In this document: positions 62,645 to 64,000 of the stretch, piece by piece | How positions within the stretch are numbered: position 1 is the first letter of the stretch | Layout: the number at the start of each line of letters is the position of its first letter | Origin: Escherichia coli | GTDB lineage: Bacteria; Pseudomonadota; Gammaproteobacteria; Enterobacterales; Enterobacteriaceae | Reading direction: 5' to 3' (one strand) | DNA: 64,000 nucleotides | NCBI RefSeq assembly: GCF_003991155.1 | Contig: NZ_CP031293.1 | Notes under the pieces: model-generated | What the model was told of the DNA's origin: nothing | Database searches by the model: none | What the model saw: the letters and a program-made list of their open reading frames with translations, nothing else | Translations under genes and position numbers: made by a program

Positions 62645-62645
62645 T

Positions 62646-62762
62646 CTTGCCCTGGGGTTTTGGGCTAACGAAATGGAAAATTTAACATAAATTTAATTCA
62701 TGCTCTTGCCCTGATTTCGGGCTGACATAATAGTGAAGATTTTAACACAAATTTAATTCATG
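62646..62762. repeat. Two imperfect tandem direct repeats of about 57 bp
   Basis: cttgccctg...ttaaca(t/c)aaatttaattcatg occurs twice back to back after the transposase stop. Confidence 0.5.
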
Positions 62763-62813
62763 TCCTCATCCCAGTATAGACTTTAATTTTATTTTTTTGA
62801 TAAGGTACTACAT

Positions 62814-63647
62814 ATGGCTTTCGTTTCTGCGTTAGTTAATTTGCGTTATGATTTAAACAAATATATTGTAGAGTTACGACGCATTTCAAATCTTGCCGCG
62901 ACATTTCTTATGGAAGATGATTTTATTAAGAATTTCTATCTTAATGAAGTTGAAATAAGCATAAATAATTATAATTTTAGATTCAATAACGAGCGAAACC
63001 CATTCAAGCAAAGGGAAATAGTTTTTGAACTTAAAGAAGAAGTTGAGTTGGAAAAAAAAGAATATGATATATTAAGAATGAAAGATCATGTTACTTATAT
63101 GGTAACTGATATGTTTGAAGAACAAGGCGTGTTAAAATATGTAAAAATATTTGGAGGGGTTGCTACAGGAGGAATAGAACTTTTCACTGCCTATGGGTAT
63201 TATCAATTGGGTAAAACATTACACCTTAGAAGATTACGTGGGATAGCAATTGTTTTTGCTTCTTATGGCGTTGATAATATATGGGAGTCAGTCTCTCCTT
63301 TGATTTTTGAAGAAGCGAATGCAGGGCCTCTTAGACGTGTTATTCGGGGAATTGCTGGTGAGTTTGGAATAAGTGAAGATGATTCTGATTTAGGGTATAG
63401 TTTTGTTGAATTTTCATTGTCCTTATATAATACTTTTAATGCAAGAAAATTGTTTCCGAATGAAAATAGGTTAGTTATAGGTGTGGGAAGAAAAAGGCCA
63501 GGGACTGGTAGGCTTTTTAATAATGTAAGCTGGGATTATGCATCTAAATGGTCAAAAATGAATACAAATATGAAGATTTGGAATTTAGGGTATAGCGCTT
63601 ATAAAGCCAAACTGGAATTTTATGATGAGAAATATAAATTTAAATAA
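62814..63647 (+). CDS. Hypothetical protein
   Basis: 277-aa AT-rich ORF. Confidence 0.35.
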   Translation: MAFVSALVNLRYDLNKYIVELRRISNLAATFLMEDDFIKNFYLNEVEISINNYNFRFNNERNPFKQREIVFELKEEVELEKKEYDILRMKDHVTYMVTDMFEEQGVLKYVKIFGGVATGGIELFTAYGYYQLGKTLHLRRLRGIAIVFASYGVDNIWESVSPLIFEEANAGPLRRVIRGIAGEFGISEDDSDLGYSFVEFSLSLYNTFNARKLFPNENRLVIGVGRKRPGTGRLFNNVSWDYASKWSKMNTNMKIWNLGYSAYKAKLEFYDEKYKFK

Positions 63648-63723
63648 TATTTCACATTACGTACTTTTAAAAAAGTATAATTATTAGCCGGTTAATTCAA
63701 TTATATAACACAGCCTCATTGCG

Positions 63724-63966
63724 CTAAAATAAAATTCGTATACCAAGTTTTATCAGCTTTAACTGAGTGATGATCTTTACATTATTGTTTTTTGCATCTG
63801 AGCATAAAATCATGACACTAAATATTGAAAACACAGCAGACATAAAGAAAAAAGCGGCCCCTCTTTCCAAGAGGATTCCGAGAATGAAAGCAAAAAATGC
63901 CACTGCCGGAAACCATAGCGACAAAGCGTCTTTTGCAGAGTCATATATCACATCTATTAGTGTCAA
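63724..63966 (-). CDS. Hypothetical small membrane protein (doubtful)
   Basis: 80-aa ORF with two hydrophobic segments. Confidence 0.2.
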   Translation of the reverse strand: MTLIDVIYDSAKDALSLWFPAVAFFAFILGILLERGAAFFFMSAVFSIFSVMILCSDAKNNNVKIITQLKLIKLGIRILF

Positions 63967-64000
63967 ATCTTTAGTTAAATTTGGATGAAGAGTTTTTTAA

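Overview
About 64 kb of Enterobacteriaceae chromosome spanning the conserved serU - mtfA - asnT tRNA hotspot (tRNA-Ser 20861-20950, mtfA 21044-21841, tRNA-Asn 21942-22017), with horizontally acquired DNA on both sides. LEFT (1 to ~20.8 kb): an AT-rich mosaic island at the 3' side of serU. It carries an integrase fragment, type IVb pilin genes (pilS/pilV) without the rest of a pilus operon, a MobA/MobL relaxase with candidate oriT hairpins, a Thoeris anti-phage system (ThsA SIR2-SLOG plus ThsB TIR), an H-NS paralogue together with a truncated H-NS (H-NST-like), an AlpA regulator, and several uncharacterised small cassettes. RIGHT (22.1 to 64 kb): an island downstream of tRNA-Asn with a P4-type integrase, an IS3-family element flanked by truncated genes, and a complete type VI secretion system (tssB/C/E/F/G, tagH, tssJ/K/L, clpV, vasI-like, tssA, tssM, vasL, two hcp, vgrG). 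This is followed by a DUF2169 adaptor, a PAAR-Rhs polymorphic toxin with immunity gene, two orphan rhs-CT/immunity cassettes, an Rhs remnant and an ISAs1 (H-repeat) transposase. No rRNA genes or CRISPR arrays were seen. All calls rest on reading the supplied ORF translations and the raw sequence; no database search was run. The best candidates for something undescribed are the uncharacterised cassettes flanking Thoeris (7898-9011, 10055-10952, 13275-14756), the cysteine-motif gene at 4498-5376, the 297-aa protein sitting in the integrase slot next to serU (19746-20639), and the C-terminal toxin domains of the Rhs proteins.
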